Shown here in pieces: positions 16,502 to 25,472 of a stretch of DNA of 64,000 nucleotides. The notes below the pieces were generated by a model. The model was not told where the DNA came from, ran no database searches, and was given only the letters and a program-made list of their open reading frames with translations. Each line of letters begins with the position of its first letter. The stretch's first letter is position 1. The DNA comes from a virus (taxonomy: Duplodnaviria > Caudoviricetes), in the IMG/VR virus record IMGVR_UViG_3300037313_000574, positions 8,291 through 72,290 of that record. One strand, given 5' to 3'. Made by a program: the position numbers and the translations under genes.

Positions 16502-16933
16502 ATGACGGTTATCGCATGGGATGGCAAGACGCTTGCGGCCGACAAACAGAGCACCAACGAAGGTCATGCGCGCACAGTGACGAAGATCCACCAGGTGCCC
16601 GGCGGCATTTTGGGATTGACTGGCGACGCGCCGGCAGCCATGGCTTTGCTTGATTGGTGTGCCGGCGGGCGGGATGCGGACAAGTGGCCGAAAGCCATGC
16701 CTAACCTTGTCTGTCATGCCATTTTCATCGACCGCGAGCGCAAGATTCACCTGTATTCCAGTGACGCAGGACCGTATCCGGAAATCCTGGAGGATAAGTT
16801 TTACGCTGCCGGCCATGGGCGAGACTTCGCGCTGGCTGCAATGTACTTAGGTAAGGATGCCGCAGATGCCGTGAAGGTTGCCTGCGCCCTGGATAAGTTT
16901 TGCGGAATGGGCGTGGATACGCTGGCGCCATAA
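16502..16933 (+). CDS. Ntn-hydrolase (HslV/proteasome beta-like) fold protein
   Basis: N-terminal MT, TLAAD, TKI, GLTG, YAAGHG.DFALAAM, ACALD..CG align by eye with HslV motifs. Confidence 0.65.
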   Translation: MTVIAWDGKTLAADKQSTNEGHARTVTKIHQVPGGILGLTGDAPAAMALLDWCAGGRDADKWPKAMPNLVCHAIFIDRERKIHLYSSDAGPYPEILEDKFYAAGHGRDFALAAMYLGKDAADAVKVACALDKFCGMGVDTLAP

Positions 16934-17005
16934 AAACCGGGATCGCCACAGCGGCGCTCGCGCGCTCCCCGCGGACAAGGATTCTCAACCCGAAAGGAGG
17001 TGATC

Positions 17006-17098
17006 GTGCATCTGATAACGATTTGGCTACTCTTGTTCGGGAGAGCACTGAGAAAGCCTGACCGTCCGAAAGTTTCAAGGAATTGGCCCTACCGATAA
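17006..17098 (+). CDS. 30-aa micro-ORF with extended Shine-Dalgarno (not in ORF track)
   Basis: GAAAGGAGGTGATC (16992-17005), then GTG start: MHLITIWLLLFGRALRKPDRPKVSRNWPYR. Confidence 0.45.
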   Translation: MHLITIWLLLFGRALRKPDRPKVSRNWPYR

Positions 17099-17123
17099 CC
17101 AGGTAAGGCAGTAAGGCGGGTTT

Positions 17124-17156
17124 GCCCTGCAGCGGAAGCGTTGCGGGGCTTTTTTT
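17124..17156 (+). terminator. Intrinsic terminator before terS
   Basis: GCCCTGCAGCG-gaag-CGTTGCGGGGC + T-run. Confidence 0.75.
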
Positions 17157-17200
17157 ATGGTGCAGCGGACACCGGGCATCATACGAAAAGGTAATTAATC

Positions 17201-17821
17201 ATGGCGAAGAAGAAAGAGGTCAACTGGACAGCGCTCGAAATTGACTACCGCGCGGGCGTTAAATCGTTGCGCATACTTGCATCGGAATATGGGATATCAA
17301 CTGCCCGCATCGGGCAAGTCGCAGAGGACCGAGGCTGGACGCGCGACATATCCGCGAAGATCAAAGCACAGGCGCAAGCCAGACTGGACAGAGCCGCACT
17401 GGACAGCGGACTGGACACGGAAAAGAAGATTACCGAAAAACAGGTAATCGACGCCAATGCGCAGATCCAGACCGACATCATCCTGTCGCATCGCACCGAT
17501 GTAACCCGCACCCGCAAGCTCACGATGATCCTGCTGGAAGAAGCGGAGATCGCCACAGGGAATAACGAGTTGCTGCGCGACTTGGCCAATCTGATGTACT
17601 TGCCGGACAAGAATGGCGTGGACAAGCTCAACGAGGCATATCAAAAGGTTATCTCCATGCCTGGCCGCGTGGACGCAGTGAAGAAGTTGGCCGAAACGCT
17701 GAAAACCCTGATCGCCCTGGAGCGTCAGGCATTCGGAATGGACGACACCGACCGCGGCGCCGGCGGCCCCGAAGAATTCTTGAAGCGCCTGGCGGCATCC
17801 GGCCATGTCGATCTCAGCTGA
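17201..17821 (+). CDS. terS: Terminase small subunit
   Basis: N-terminal HTH (WTALEIDYRAG..SLRILASEYGIS...WTR); overlaps terL. Confidence 0.8.
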   Translation: MAKKKEVNWTALEIDYRAGVKSLRILASEYGISTARIGQVAEDRGWTRDISAKIKAQAQARLDRAALDSGLDTEKKITEKQVIDANAQIQTDIILSHRTDVTRTRKLTMILLEEAEIATGNNELLRDLANLMYLPDKNGVDKLNEAYQKVISMPGRVDAVKKLAETLKTLIALERQAFGMDDTDRGAGGPEEFLKRLAASGHVDLS

Positions 17822-19322
17822 TGAGGTCTATGCCGGGCTCAAGCGCAAGTTCGAGCTGTACGCGGCACATTGCCTGTTCATCCTGGACAAAGGCGGCCAG
17901 CGGCTGCCGTTCCTGCTGAATCGAGCGCAAAAGTATGTCGACGCAAAGCTCAACGAGCAGCTAGAAAAGACTGGCAAGGTCCGGGCGCTGATCCTCAAAG
18001 GGCGTCAGCAAGGGATTTCGACTTACGTTGGCGGCCGCTATTACTGGCGGACGTCGATGTCGATGGGCTTGTCGGCGTTTATCGTCGCGCATGAGCAGAA
18101 GGCGACGGATAACCTGTTCACGATGGTCAAGCGCTATCACGAACATAATCCGTTGGCGCCGTCGACCAGTGCGACGAACGCCAAGGAACTGGTTTTCAAC
18201 ATCCTGGATGGCGGCTACAAGCTGGCCACGGCGGGATCGAAAGATGTCGGGCGCTCGAACACGGCGCAGCTGCTGCACGGCTCGGAATTCGGCTTTTGGG
18301 ATAACGCCGCCCTGCACCTAGCCGGCCTGGGCAACACGATTGCCGACCGCGATGGCACCGAGATCATTCTGGAGTCGACGGCAAACGGCATCGGCAACAA
18401 GTTCCACCAGATGTGGCAGGACGCCGAGGCCGGGATTGGTGAATACATCGCCATTTTCGTTCCGTGGTTCTGGCAGGACGAGTACCGCTCGCCGGTGCCG
18501 GCTGACTTTGTGCTGACGTCGGACGAGATCAAGTACAAAGAGGCGTACAAGCTCGATAACGAGCAGATGGTGTGGCGCCGCAACAAGATCATCACCTACG
18601 GCCAGGGCTTTGAATGGCTGTTTGATCAGGAATACCCGGCCACCCCTGCCCTAGCGTTCAAATCGGCGACGACGGACCCGCTGATTAACCCGACTACCGT
18701 GATGGCGGCCGTGAATAGCGGCTACCGGGAAATGTACGGGCCGCTGGTCATTGGCTGCGACCCGGCCGAATACGGTCCGGACCGAACGACGATTGCTTTC
18801 CGGCGCGGCCGCGTGGTGTATCGGATCGAGAAGCACGAAAAGAAGGGGCCGATGGAGGTTGCCGGCATCCTGGCGTCGTATTGGAATGAATTCCAGCCGG
18901 ACGGCATGCTGATCGACAAAATCGGCATTGGTTCGGGCATCGTGGACCGCTTGAAGGAACTGAACATCCCTTGCATTGGCGTCAATAGCGCCGCCAAGGC
19001 CGAGGACAGCGAGACATACGCGAATAAGCGCGCGGAGATGTGGTACCGCATGAAGCACTGGATGGAGGATATGCCCGCCAGGCTGCCCAACAATGCGGAA
19101 ATGATCGCGGATATCTCGGCGCCGAAGTTCAAGACCAGTAGCAACGGCCGCAAGCTGGTCGAATCGAAGGATGAAATGAAGAAGCGGCAAATCCGCTCGC
19201 CTGACTTTGCCGATGCTATCGCGCTGACCTTTGCCGAGAACATTGCGCCCAAACCGGCAGCGCTGGAAGGCCGCGGCGGGATCGCGGCGGAACACCGGCC
19301 GGCGACCACGGCTGGATATTAA
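17805..19322 (+). CDS. terL: Terminase large subunit
   Basis: LKGRQQGIST Walker A, LLHGSE Walker B, ESTANG motif III; RNase-H domain IGCDPA, DKIGIGSG, SPDFADAIALTFA. Confidence 0.93.
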   Translation: MSISADEVYAGLKRKFELYAAHCLFILDKGGQRLPFLLNRAQKYVDAKLNEQLEKTGKVRALILKGRQQGISTYVGGRYYWRTSMSMGLSAFIVAHEQKATDNLFTMVKRYHEHNPLAPSTSATNAKELVFNILDGGYKLATAGSKDVGRSNTAQLLHGSEFGFWDNAALHLAGLGNTIADRDGTEIILESTANGIGNKFHQMWQDAEAGIGEYIAIFVPWFWQDEYRSPVPADFVLTSDEIKYKEAYKLDNEQMVWRRNKIITYGQGFEWLFDQEYPATPALAFKSATTDPLINPTTVMAAVNSGYREMYGPLVIGCDPAEYGPDRTTIAFRRGRVVYRIEKHEKKGPMEVAGILASYWNEFQPDGMLIDKIGIGSGIVDRLKELNIPCIGVNSAAKAEDSETYANKRAEMWYRMKHWMEDMPARLPNNAEMIADISAPKFKTSSNGRKLVESKDEMKKRQIRSPDFADAIALTFAENIAPKPAALEGRGGIAAEHRPATTAGY

Positions 19323-19341
19323 TAGGCCAACACTAATTCAC

Positions 19342-19366
19342 AAGCTCGCTTAGGCGGGCTTTTTTT
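19342..19366 (+). terminator. Terminator-like hairpin between terL and portal
   Basis: AAGCTCGC-ttag-GCGGGCTT + T-run. Confidence 0.6.
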
Positions 19367-21742
19367 ATGAGCGAAACATCGATGACCAACGCACCAGACG
19401 ACGATAGCCAGCTGAGTGCAATGGCACATGCCATGCTCACCGCCAAGGCTGAAGCCGCCCGCAAGGACGCCGAGCGCGAATACGCGCAGGCTTCTGCCGA
19501 GGTCATGCGCGCCGACGAGGAAGGTGCCGAGCCCGCATTTGCCACCCTGGCCGGGCTGGGCTCGATCTTCCTGAGTGAATTCGCGCAGGCCGAGTCTGAT
19601 CGCCGCTCGACTGAACTGCGCTGGCTGAAGGATTTGCGCCAGTATCGCGGCCAGTACGACGAAGAAGTCGAAGCGCTGATGGACAAGAATCGGTCTAAGG
19701 CATTCGTGCGTAAGACCCGCGTGAAGGTAAAAACGGTCGACTCGCGCGTGTTCGACCTGCTGTTCCCGGCCAATTCCGACCGCAACTGGGCACTGGAAGC
19801 AACGCCGGTGCCGACCGTGGCGCCGGAAATCAAGGACAAGCTCAAGCGCGACCTGACTGCCGCCTTGCAGCGCGCGCCGGAAGAAAACGAGATCCAGCAG
19901 GCCGTCAAGCATCTGGTCGACACTGCCGCCAAGGGTATGGCCAAGGCGATCGATGACCAGTTGACGGAATCCCGCTACAAGAAGGCCGCGCGCCAGGTGA
20001 TGCACTCCGGTCACCTGTACGGCACCGGCATCCTGAAAGCGCCGCTGATCGAGCGGAAGATTCGTACCCGCTTTGTCAATGAAGATGGCAAGTGGGTGAT
20101 GAAAACGGAATCCTACGTGGTGCCGTTTGTCGATTTCGTGCCGATCTGGCGCTTTTTCCCGGATATGTCGGCGACCGAGCTGGAGAATTGCCGCTACGTG
20201 TACGAGCGCCATGTGATGAGCAAGTCGGCCGTGCTGGCACTGGCTGAGCGCAAGAGCTTCGACACGCAGAAGTTGCGTGATTACGTGACCTCGCACCCGA
20301 ACGGTGCCAGAACGCGCAAGCCCTACGACGATGAAATCCGCCAGGTGGGCGACCGCACCACCGCGCACAATGACGACGGCCAGTACGAGATCCTGGAGCG
20401 CTGGGGCTGGGTCGATGCGGCGCAGTTGCACCAGTGCGGCGTGACCGTGCCGGAAAACCGCATGCACGAGACGTTTTTCGCCAACGTGTGGCTGCTGCCA
20501 TCGGGCGAAATCGTCAAGGCCGCGCTGCAGCCGATCAATGGCGTGACCTGGCCGTATCACCTGTATTACTTCGACAAGGACGAAACCAGCATTTTCGGTG
20601 AAGGCTTGGCAACGATCATGCGCGACGACCAGACCATGCTCAACGCCGGCACTCGCATGATCCTCGATAACGCTGCCATCACCGCTGGGCCGCAGTTCGA
20701 GGTCAACATGGACCTGATGTCGCCCACCGAGAAGGCGGATGCGATGTTCCCGTTCAAAATTTGGGGGCGCAACGGCCGGAATCCGGAATCGCCCGCTGTC
20801 CGCGTGCTCAACATCCCCGGCAATCTGGAAGATCTGCTTCCGATCATTTCCATGTTCGAGGCGAACGCCGACGAAGTGACGGCCGTGCCGCGCTTCATGT
20901 CGGGCGAGAACGCCACCCAAGGCGCTGCCGGTACCGCATCGGGCTTGTCCATGCTTATGGGCAACACGTCGATCGTCATGAAAGACCTGATCGCCGGCTA
21001 CGACGAGGGCATTACAGCGCCTTTCATCAACGCGCTGTATCGCTGGAACATGCAGTTCAATCCAGACAACGCGGTCAAGGGCGATTTCAACGTCAAGGCC
21101 AGCGGCACCGCGTCGCTGGTGGCGAAGGAAATCCGCGCCCAGCAGCTGGATAACTTTGCCGCGCAGACCAGCAACCCGATGGATGCGCCATTCATCAAGC
21201 GCGAAAAGCTCTTGCGCCAGCGCGCCGAAGCGCACGACCTGGTGGATGTGGTGAAGACCGAAGAGGAAGTATTGGCCGAGCAAAGCAACGACTTGGCCAA
21301 GAAGCAGCAGGAGCTGGCGCAGCAGCAGCAGGAGCTGACCTTGAAGCTGCAAATGGCCACGCTCGACAAGCTGACGGCCGAGGTGCAGAAGGTGCTGGCC
21401 GAGGCGCGACTGAAAACGGCCGATGCCGTGGCCAAGAACGTGGGCTCGGTCTACGCGGCGACACAGGCGGGCGGCGTGGCGGCAACCAATCCCGCCATTG
21501 CACCGGCGACCGACGAGATTCTGCGTTCCGCGGGCTTCGAGTCTTCCGGTGCGCCGGTCGGTATGCCCCAGGCACCGCAGGGCACGCTGCCTGAACAAGC
21601 TGGCGCGGCGAACGACTTGCCGATGCCGCAGGAGGCCGATCCGCAAGCGCCGGGAGCAGGTCATCCTGCGCCCGTCCCGCCGATGCAAGGACCGGGGCAA
21701 GGACTGCGCGCCGGTATTGAGACAACGAGGATTGAGCAATGA
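19367..21742 (+). CDS. Portal protein (P22-like, with coiled-coil barrel)
   Basis: Follows terL; WLKDLRQYRGQY, TASGLSMLMG motifs; Q/A-rich C-terminal coil. Confidence 0.85.
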   Translation: MSETSMTNAPDDDSQLSAMAHAMLTAKAEAARKDAEREYAQASAEVMRADEEGAEPAFATLAGLGSIFLSEFAQAESDRRSTELRWLKDLRQYRGQYDEEVEALMDKNRSKAFVRKTRVKVKTVDSRVFDLLFPANSDRNWALEATPVPTVAPEIKDKLKRDLTAALQRAPEENEIQQAVKHLVDTAAKGMAKAIDDQLTESRYKKAARQVMHSGHLYGTGILKAPLIERKIRTRFVNEDGKWVMKTESYVVPFVDFVPIWRFFPDMSATELENCRYVYERHVMSKSAVLALAERKSFDTQKLRDYVTSHPNGARTRKPYDDEIRQVGDRTTAHNDDGQYEILERWGWVDAAQLHQCGVTVPENRMHETFFANVWLLPSGEIVKAALQPINGVTWPYHLYYFDKDETSIFGEGLATIMRDDQTMLNAGTRMILDNAAITAGPQFEVNMDLMSPTEKADAMFPFKIWGRNGRNPESPAVRVLNIPGNLEDLLPIISMFEANADEVTAVPRFMSGENATQGAAGTASGLSMLMGNTSIVMKDLIAGYDEGITAPFINALYRWNMQFNPDNAVKGDFNVKASGTASLVAKEIRAQQLDNFAAQTSNPMDAPFIKREKLLRQRAEAHDLVDVVKTEEEVLAEQSNDLAKKQQELAQQQQELTLKLQMATLDKLTAEVQKVLAEARLKTADAVAKNVGSVYAATQAGGVAATNPAIAPATDEILRSAGFESSGAPVGMPQAPQGTLPEQAGAANDLPMPQEADPQAPGAGHPAPVPPMQGPGQGLRAGIETTRIEQ

Positions 21743-21984
21743 AGCCGCCCGAAGTCATCCGCGCCGAGTTGATCGAAACGCTGGCGACTGCACGCGCCTA
21801 CAAGAGCAGCGATGCCTATGCCGCGATCGTGAAGCTGCTGGACGCGATCGATGAAGTTCACCGCGAGAGCTTGCTGACGGCCAGCATCGACGGCGTAGCA
21901 CGGATTCAGGGCGCAGCTGCCCAGGTGCGCCAGCTGCGCAATGCGCTGGTCAGCGACAGCATTCACGCATCGCCCGTTTTATAG
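21739..21984 (+). CDS. Small head-assembly-region protein
   Basis: Coupled to portal; helical, RIQGAAAQ motif typical of post-portal genes. Confidence 0.6.
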   Translation: MKPPEVIRAELIETLATARAYKSSDAYAAIVKLLDAIDEVHRESLLTASIDGVARIQGAAAQVRQLRNALVSDSIHASPVL

Positions 21985-21999
21985 ATCGGATAGGACAGC

Positions 22000-22632
22000 A
22001 TGAACACAGTTATCTTGAAAAACGGCCGCAAGGCATATCAAGTAACGCGCATAAGGATATTTGATTCCCCGGTGCAGAGCGTGTTCGGGTCGCCTGTGGC
22101 GGCGTGCGCATACACCGACTTGGGCGAGATTCCAATCCCAGCAGGAGCGTTACAGCCGCAATTGGGCGATTACTACCAGCCGTCAGAGCGCGCCGGCGAA
22201 ATGGGAATGTTCATGACTGCAGGCGAGGTGGCTTTGGACTATGCGGAGCGGGCATTGTCCATGTCAGAGCGGTTTGCAGCCGCTGCCGCTGATTATGCTG
22301 CATTCATGGATGAGCAAGCCAAGATCCATGCGGCGGGCTGCGCGTCGCACACCATGGACTTCGGCGATGCGCTCAAGGCTTTGAAAAATGGCAAGCGCAT
22401 CGCGCGCGCCGGCTGGAACGGCAAAGGCATGTGGCTATGTCTCGGCCAAGGCCATGCTGGGCTGGAAGCCGAGAAGTTTTGGAACCCGCACACCCGCGCC
22501 TTCGCTGAACAGAACGGCGGCACCGCGCCGGTCCTGCCCTACATCATCATGAAAACCGCTGCCGGCGAAATTCTCATGGGCTGGCTCGCAAGCCAAACCG
22601 ACATGCTGGCCGAAGACTGGCAAATCCTGTAA
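22000..22632 (+). CDS. tad2: DUF2829 / Tad2-family protein (C-terminal domain) with an unknown N-terminal domain
   Basis: From 22354: MDFGDALKALKNGKRIARAGWNGKGMWL...PYIIMKTAAGE...GWLASQTDMLAEDWQI. Confidence 0.8.
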   Translation: MNTVILKNGRKAYQVTRIRIFDSPVQSVFGSPVAACAYTDLGEIPIPAGALQPQLGDYYQPSERAGEMGMFMTAGEVALDYAERALSMSERFAAAAADYAAFMDEQAKIHAAGCASHTMDFGDALKALKNGKRIARAGWNGKGMWLCLGQGHAGLEAEKFWNPHTRAFAEQNGGTAPVLPYIIMKTAAGEILMGWLASQTDMLAEDWQIL

Positions 22633-22664
22633 CGCCGCCCTACTTTTGAAACCTGGAGAAAAAC

Positions 22665-23132
22665 ATGACACATGAATACATCGGTACCAAGATTGTCACG
22701 GCTTGGCCGCAGGAGAGCGCCGCCAAGGCTCGTGTTTGCGGAGTGGACTGCCATCCTGGCGCCGGATCCTGCAACGGCTATTGCACCGGTAAAGCCGATC
22801 GGCCGCCAGCCCTGCCAGCCCAACCAGGCTATGCCGTGAAATATGCGGACGGCTACACCAGCTGGAGCCCGAAAGACGTTTTCGAGGCTGCATACATCGA
22901 CATCGGCCATGTATCGCACCTGCCACCGCACCAGCAGCGCCTGATTGGCGAAAGGGCTGAACTGGGCGACAAGCTGGGCAAGCTGCGCGCCTTCATGGCT
23001 GGCGAAGCATTCCTCGCCTTGCCGGAACCGGAGCGCTTTCGTATGGCCGAGCAGGCCGTCGTCATGGATCAGTATCACAAGATCCTTGCCGCCCGCATCG
23101 CTGCCTTTGTCGGCGACCAGCCCACCACGTAA
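22665..23132 (+). CDS. Two-domain small phage protein (YIGTK...GY.SWSPK.VFE domain + crAss001_48-like helical domain)
   Basis: YIGTKIVTAWP...PGYAVKYADGYTSWSPKDVFEAAY, then PPHQQRLIGERAELGDKLGKLRAF...QAVVMDQYHKILAARI. Confidence 0.7.
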   Translation: MTHEYIGTKIVTAWPQESAAKARVCGVDCHPGAGSCNGYCTGKADRPPALPAQPGYAVKYADGYTSWSPKDVFEAAYIDIGHVSHLPPHQQRLIGERAELGDKLGKLRAFMAGEAFLALPEPERFRMAEQAVVMDQYHKILAARIAAFVGDQPTT

Positions 23133-23165
23133 CGATTCTTTGACCCCTGCGCAAGCAGGACAGCC

Positions 23166-23194
23166 AAAGCCACTCCGCAAGGGTGGCTTTTTTT
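23166..23194 (+). terminator. Intrinsic terminator
   Basis: AAAGCCAC/GTGGCTTT stem around tccgcaagg + T-run. Confidence 0.65.
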
Positions 23195-23219
23195 ATAAGC
23201 CAACCACCTGGAGGAACAC

Positions 23220-24140
23220 ATGGCGAGCACTACCGAAGACGGCAACAAAAAAGCAGCCGAGGATTTTGAATCCGGCTTCAACGAAGAAATCACCAAGCCG
23301 GAGCAGACCGAGGACGAGGCTTTTGGCCTGACCCCGGACGAAGCGCCGGGCACTGAATCGACGGAAGGCAGCGCGCCGGCCGTGGCGATCGTCGTCACAG
23401 GCGACAAGGATGCGCCGCACGGCGAAATGCCGACCGGCGGCGACGAAACCGCTGCTGCAACGAACGAAGAAGCGCCTGCCGCCACCGAAGCCGAACCTGC
23501 CCTGGATATCGAGAAGGAAAAGCAACGCCTGAAGTCGTGGGAAGGCCGCTTGCGCGCCAAGGAAGCTGAGTTGGCCGCGCGCCAGGCTGAAGAAGCCACC
23601 GAAACGCCGGCCGCAGAAGCCGCTGAACAGGCTGCCGGCGAAGTGCCTGACGAAGACGACGCCGATATCAAGGCGCTGTCGGAAGACTTCGGCCCGGAAT
23701 TCGTCACCCTGCTCACTTCCCTGATCGCCAAGATCGCGCGCAAGACCGCCGCGGAAACCGCCAGCGAGCATACCGCGCCGTTCCGCAAGGATATCGACGA
23801 TGTGATTGCTGAAATGACCAACGAAAAGCAGCGCTTGCACTTCGAGAAGATTTCGGACGCCTTCCCCGACTTCATGGAAATCGCCGAATCGGATGCCTTC
23901 AAGGCATGGGGCGATGCCATGGCGCCGGAAGACAAGGCGGAATTCGATCGCATCGTCGCCTCCGGCAGCGCCCGCGAAATCATCGGGCTGCTCAAGCGAT
24001 ACAAGGCTGCCAGCACCACCGATTCGGGCATTGACGAGGACGCGCTGGACAACGCTGAAGGCGTGCGCTCGACCGGCTTGAAGCTGCCCGAGTCCCCATC
24101 CAGCAAGGATGACTTCGCCTCGGCGTGGAACGAACACTGA
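23220..24140 (+). CDS. Capsid scaffolding protein
   Basis: Highly acidic, coiled-coil (KSWEGRLRA); directly upstream of the major capsid gene. Confidence 0.75.
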   Translation: MASTTEDGNKKAAEDFESGFNEEITKPEQTEDEAFGLTPDEAPGTESTEGSAPAVAIVVTGDKDAPHGEMPTGGDETAAATNEEAPAATEAEPALDIEKEKQRLKSWEGRLRAKEAELAARQAEEATETPAAEAAEQAAGEVPDEDDADIKALSEDFGPEFVTLLTSLIAKIARKTAAETASEHTAPFRKDIDDVIAEMTNEKQRLHFEKISDAFPDFMEIAESDAFKAWGDAMAPEDKAEFDRIVASGSAREIIGLLKRYKAASTTDSGIDEDALDNAEGVRSTGLKLPESPSSKDDFASAWNEH

Positions 24141-24413
24141 TCCTTCATTAACCACTGGTCCCGGCGCAGTCAGCCGGGCGCCCACCGCCAGCGAAATGGC
24201 CGAACACCGCAGGACTGAAACCATAGCGCAGATCCGCGCAGCACCGCGTTACGCCACAAGCGCCGCACCGCTTCGCGCTATCTGCATACGACTGGTTCCC
24301 GAATTTCATGGTGAGAACGGACAGGCTTTACGCCCCCGATCCCGCGCTGAATCGACTGTTGGCGACTTCATTTTTTATTCGATTTTGCATCCATTTCTTT
24401 TAGAGGAAACACT

Positions 24414-25391
24414 ATGTCTGTCTATGGCGATATCTCCCCCCGTACCGCGGCTTATGCTGAAAAAGAACTGCTCAAGCGCGGCCTACCCTACCTGATCCTG
24501 GAAAAGTTCGGCCAGTCCAAACCGCTGCCGGGCAATTCCAGCAAGGTCATGAAGTTCCGCCGCTACAACGCGCTGGACGCCACCCCGACCGCGCTGACCG
24601 AAGGCGTGACCCCGAGCGCGCAGACCCTGACTGTGACCGACGTAACGGCCACCCTGACCCAGTACGGCAGCCGCATCCAGATCACCGACGTCATCATCGA
24701 CACCCATGAAGACCCGGTACTGAATGAATCGATCACCCTGCTTGGCGAACAAGCCGCGCAGATGATCGAGAAGATGCGCTTTGGCGTGCTGAAGGCCGGT
24801 ACCAACGTCCTGTATGGCAACGGCGCCGCACGCACCGATGTCAATACCGCGCTGACCCTGGCCAACCAGCGCAAGGCAACCCGCTCGCTGAAGCGCCAGA
24901 ACGCCCGCCCCATCACCACCATTGTCAAGTCGACGCCGGCATACGGCACCGAGGCGGTCGCCCCCGGCTTCATCGGCCTGGCCCATCCGGACCTGGAAAG
25001 CGACATCCGCAGCCTGGCTGGCTTCGTGCCGGCCGAGAAATACGGTTCGATGACGCCGTTCGAGAACGAAATCGGCAAGGTGGAAGACGTGCGTTACCTG
25101 ACGTCGACCATCTTTGCGCCGTTCGCCGACGCCGGCGGCGCCAAGGGCACGATGATCTCGACCACCGGCACCAACGCCGACGTCTACCCGGTCCTGTACC
25201 TGGGCGCCAATGCTTACGGCATCGTCGCCTTGAAGGGTATGTACGCCTGCACCCCGATGGTCGTCAATCCGAAGCCTTCGGACAGCGATCCGCTGGGCCA
25301 GCGCGGCCACTGCGCATGGAAGTCCATGCAAACCGCCGTCATCCTGAACGACGCCTTCATGGCTCGCCTGGAAGTCGCTGCTACCGCCTAA
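24414..25391 (+). CDS. Major capsid protein, N4-gp56 family
   Basis: YGDISPRTAAYA...LEKFGQSKPLP...KFRRY...QYG...ENEIGKVEDVRY...SDSDPLGQRG..WK; strongly biased codons. Confidence 0.92.
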   Translation: MSVYGDISPRTAAYAEKELLKRGLPYLILEKFGQSKPLPGNSSKVMKFRRYNALDATPTALTEGVTPSAQTLTVTDVTATLTQYGSRIQITDVIIDTHEDPVLNESITLLGEQAAQMIEKMRFGVLKAGTNVLYGNGAARTDVNTALTLANQRKATRSLKRQNARPITTIVKSTPAYGTEAVAPGFIGLAHPDLESDIRSLAGFVPAEKYGSMTPFENEIGKVEDVRYLTSTIFAPFADAGGAKGTMISTTGTNADVYPVLYLGANAYGIVALKGMYACTPMVVNPKPSDSDPLGQRGHCAWKSMQTAVILNDAFMARLEVAATA

Positions 25392-25410
25392 TCAGCCGGT
25401 AGCAACCACT

Positions 25411-25438
25411 AAAGGCCCGCTTCACTGCGGGCCTTTTT
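25411..25438 (+). terminator. Intrinsic terminator after the capsid gene
   Basis: AAAGGCCCGC-ttcact-GCGGGCCTTTTT. Confidence 0.8.
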
Positions 25439-25472
25439 CATTCCCGCATCTCATATTCAAGGAAACCGCACC

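Noticed and set aside
19319-21739. 806-aa reverse-strand ORF (and similar long antisense ORFs at 49069-50988, 51169-52683, 56080-57726, 26693-27679)
   Set aside because: Shadows of GC3-rich sense genes (portal, DarB-like, lyase); no recognisable motifs or RBS
22665-23132. Acb2, Tad1 or Acb4 assignment
   Set aside because: Lacks the motifs I recall for those families; kept only as an unassigned sponge candidate
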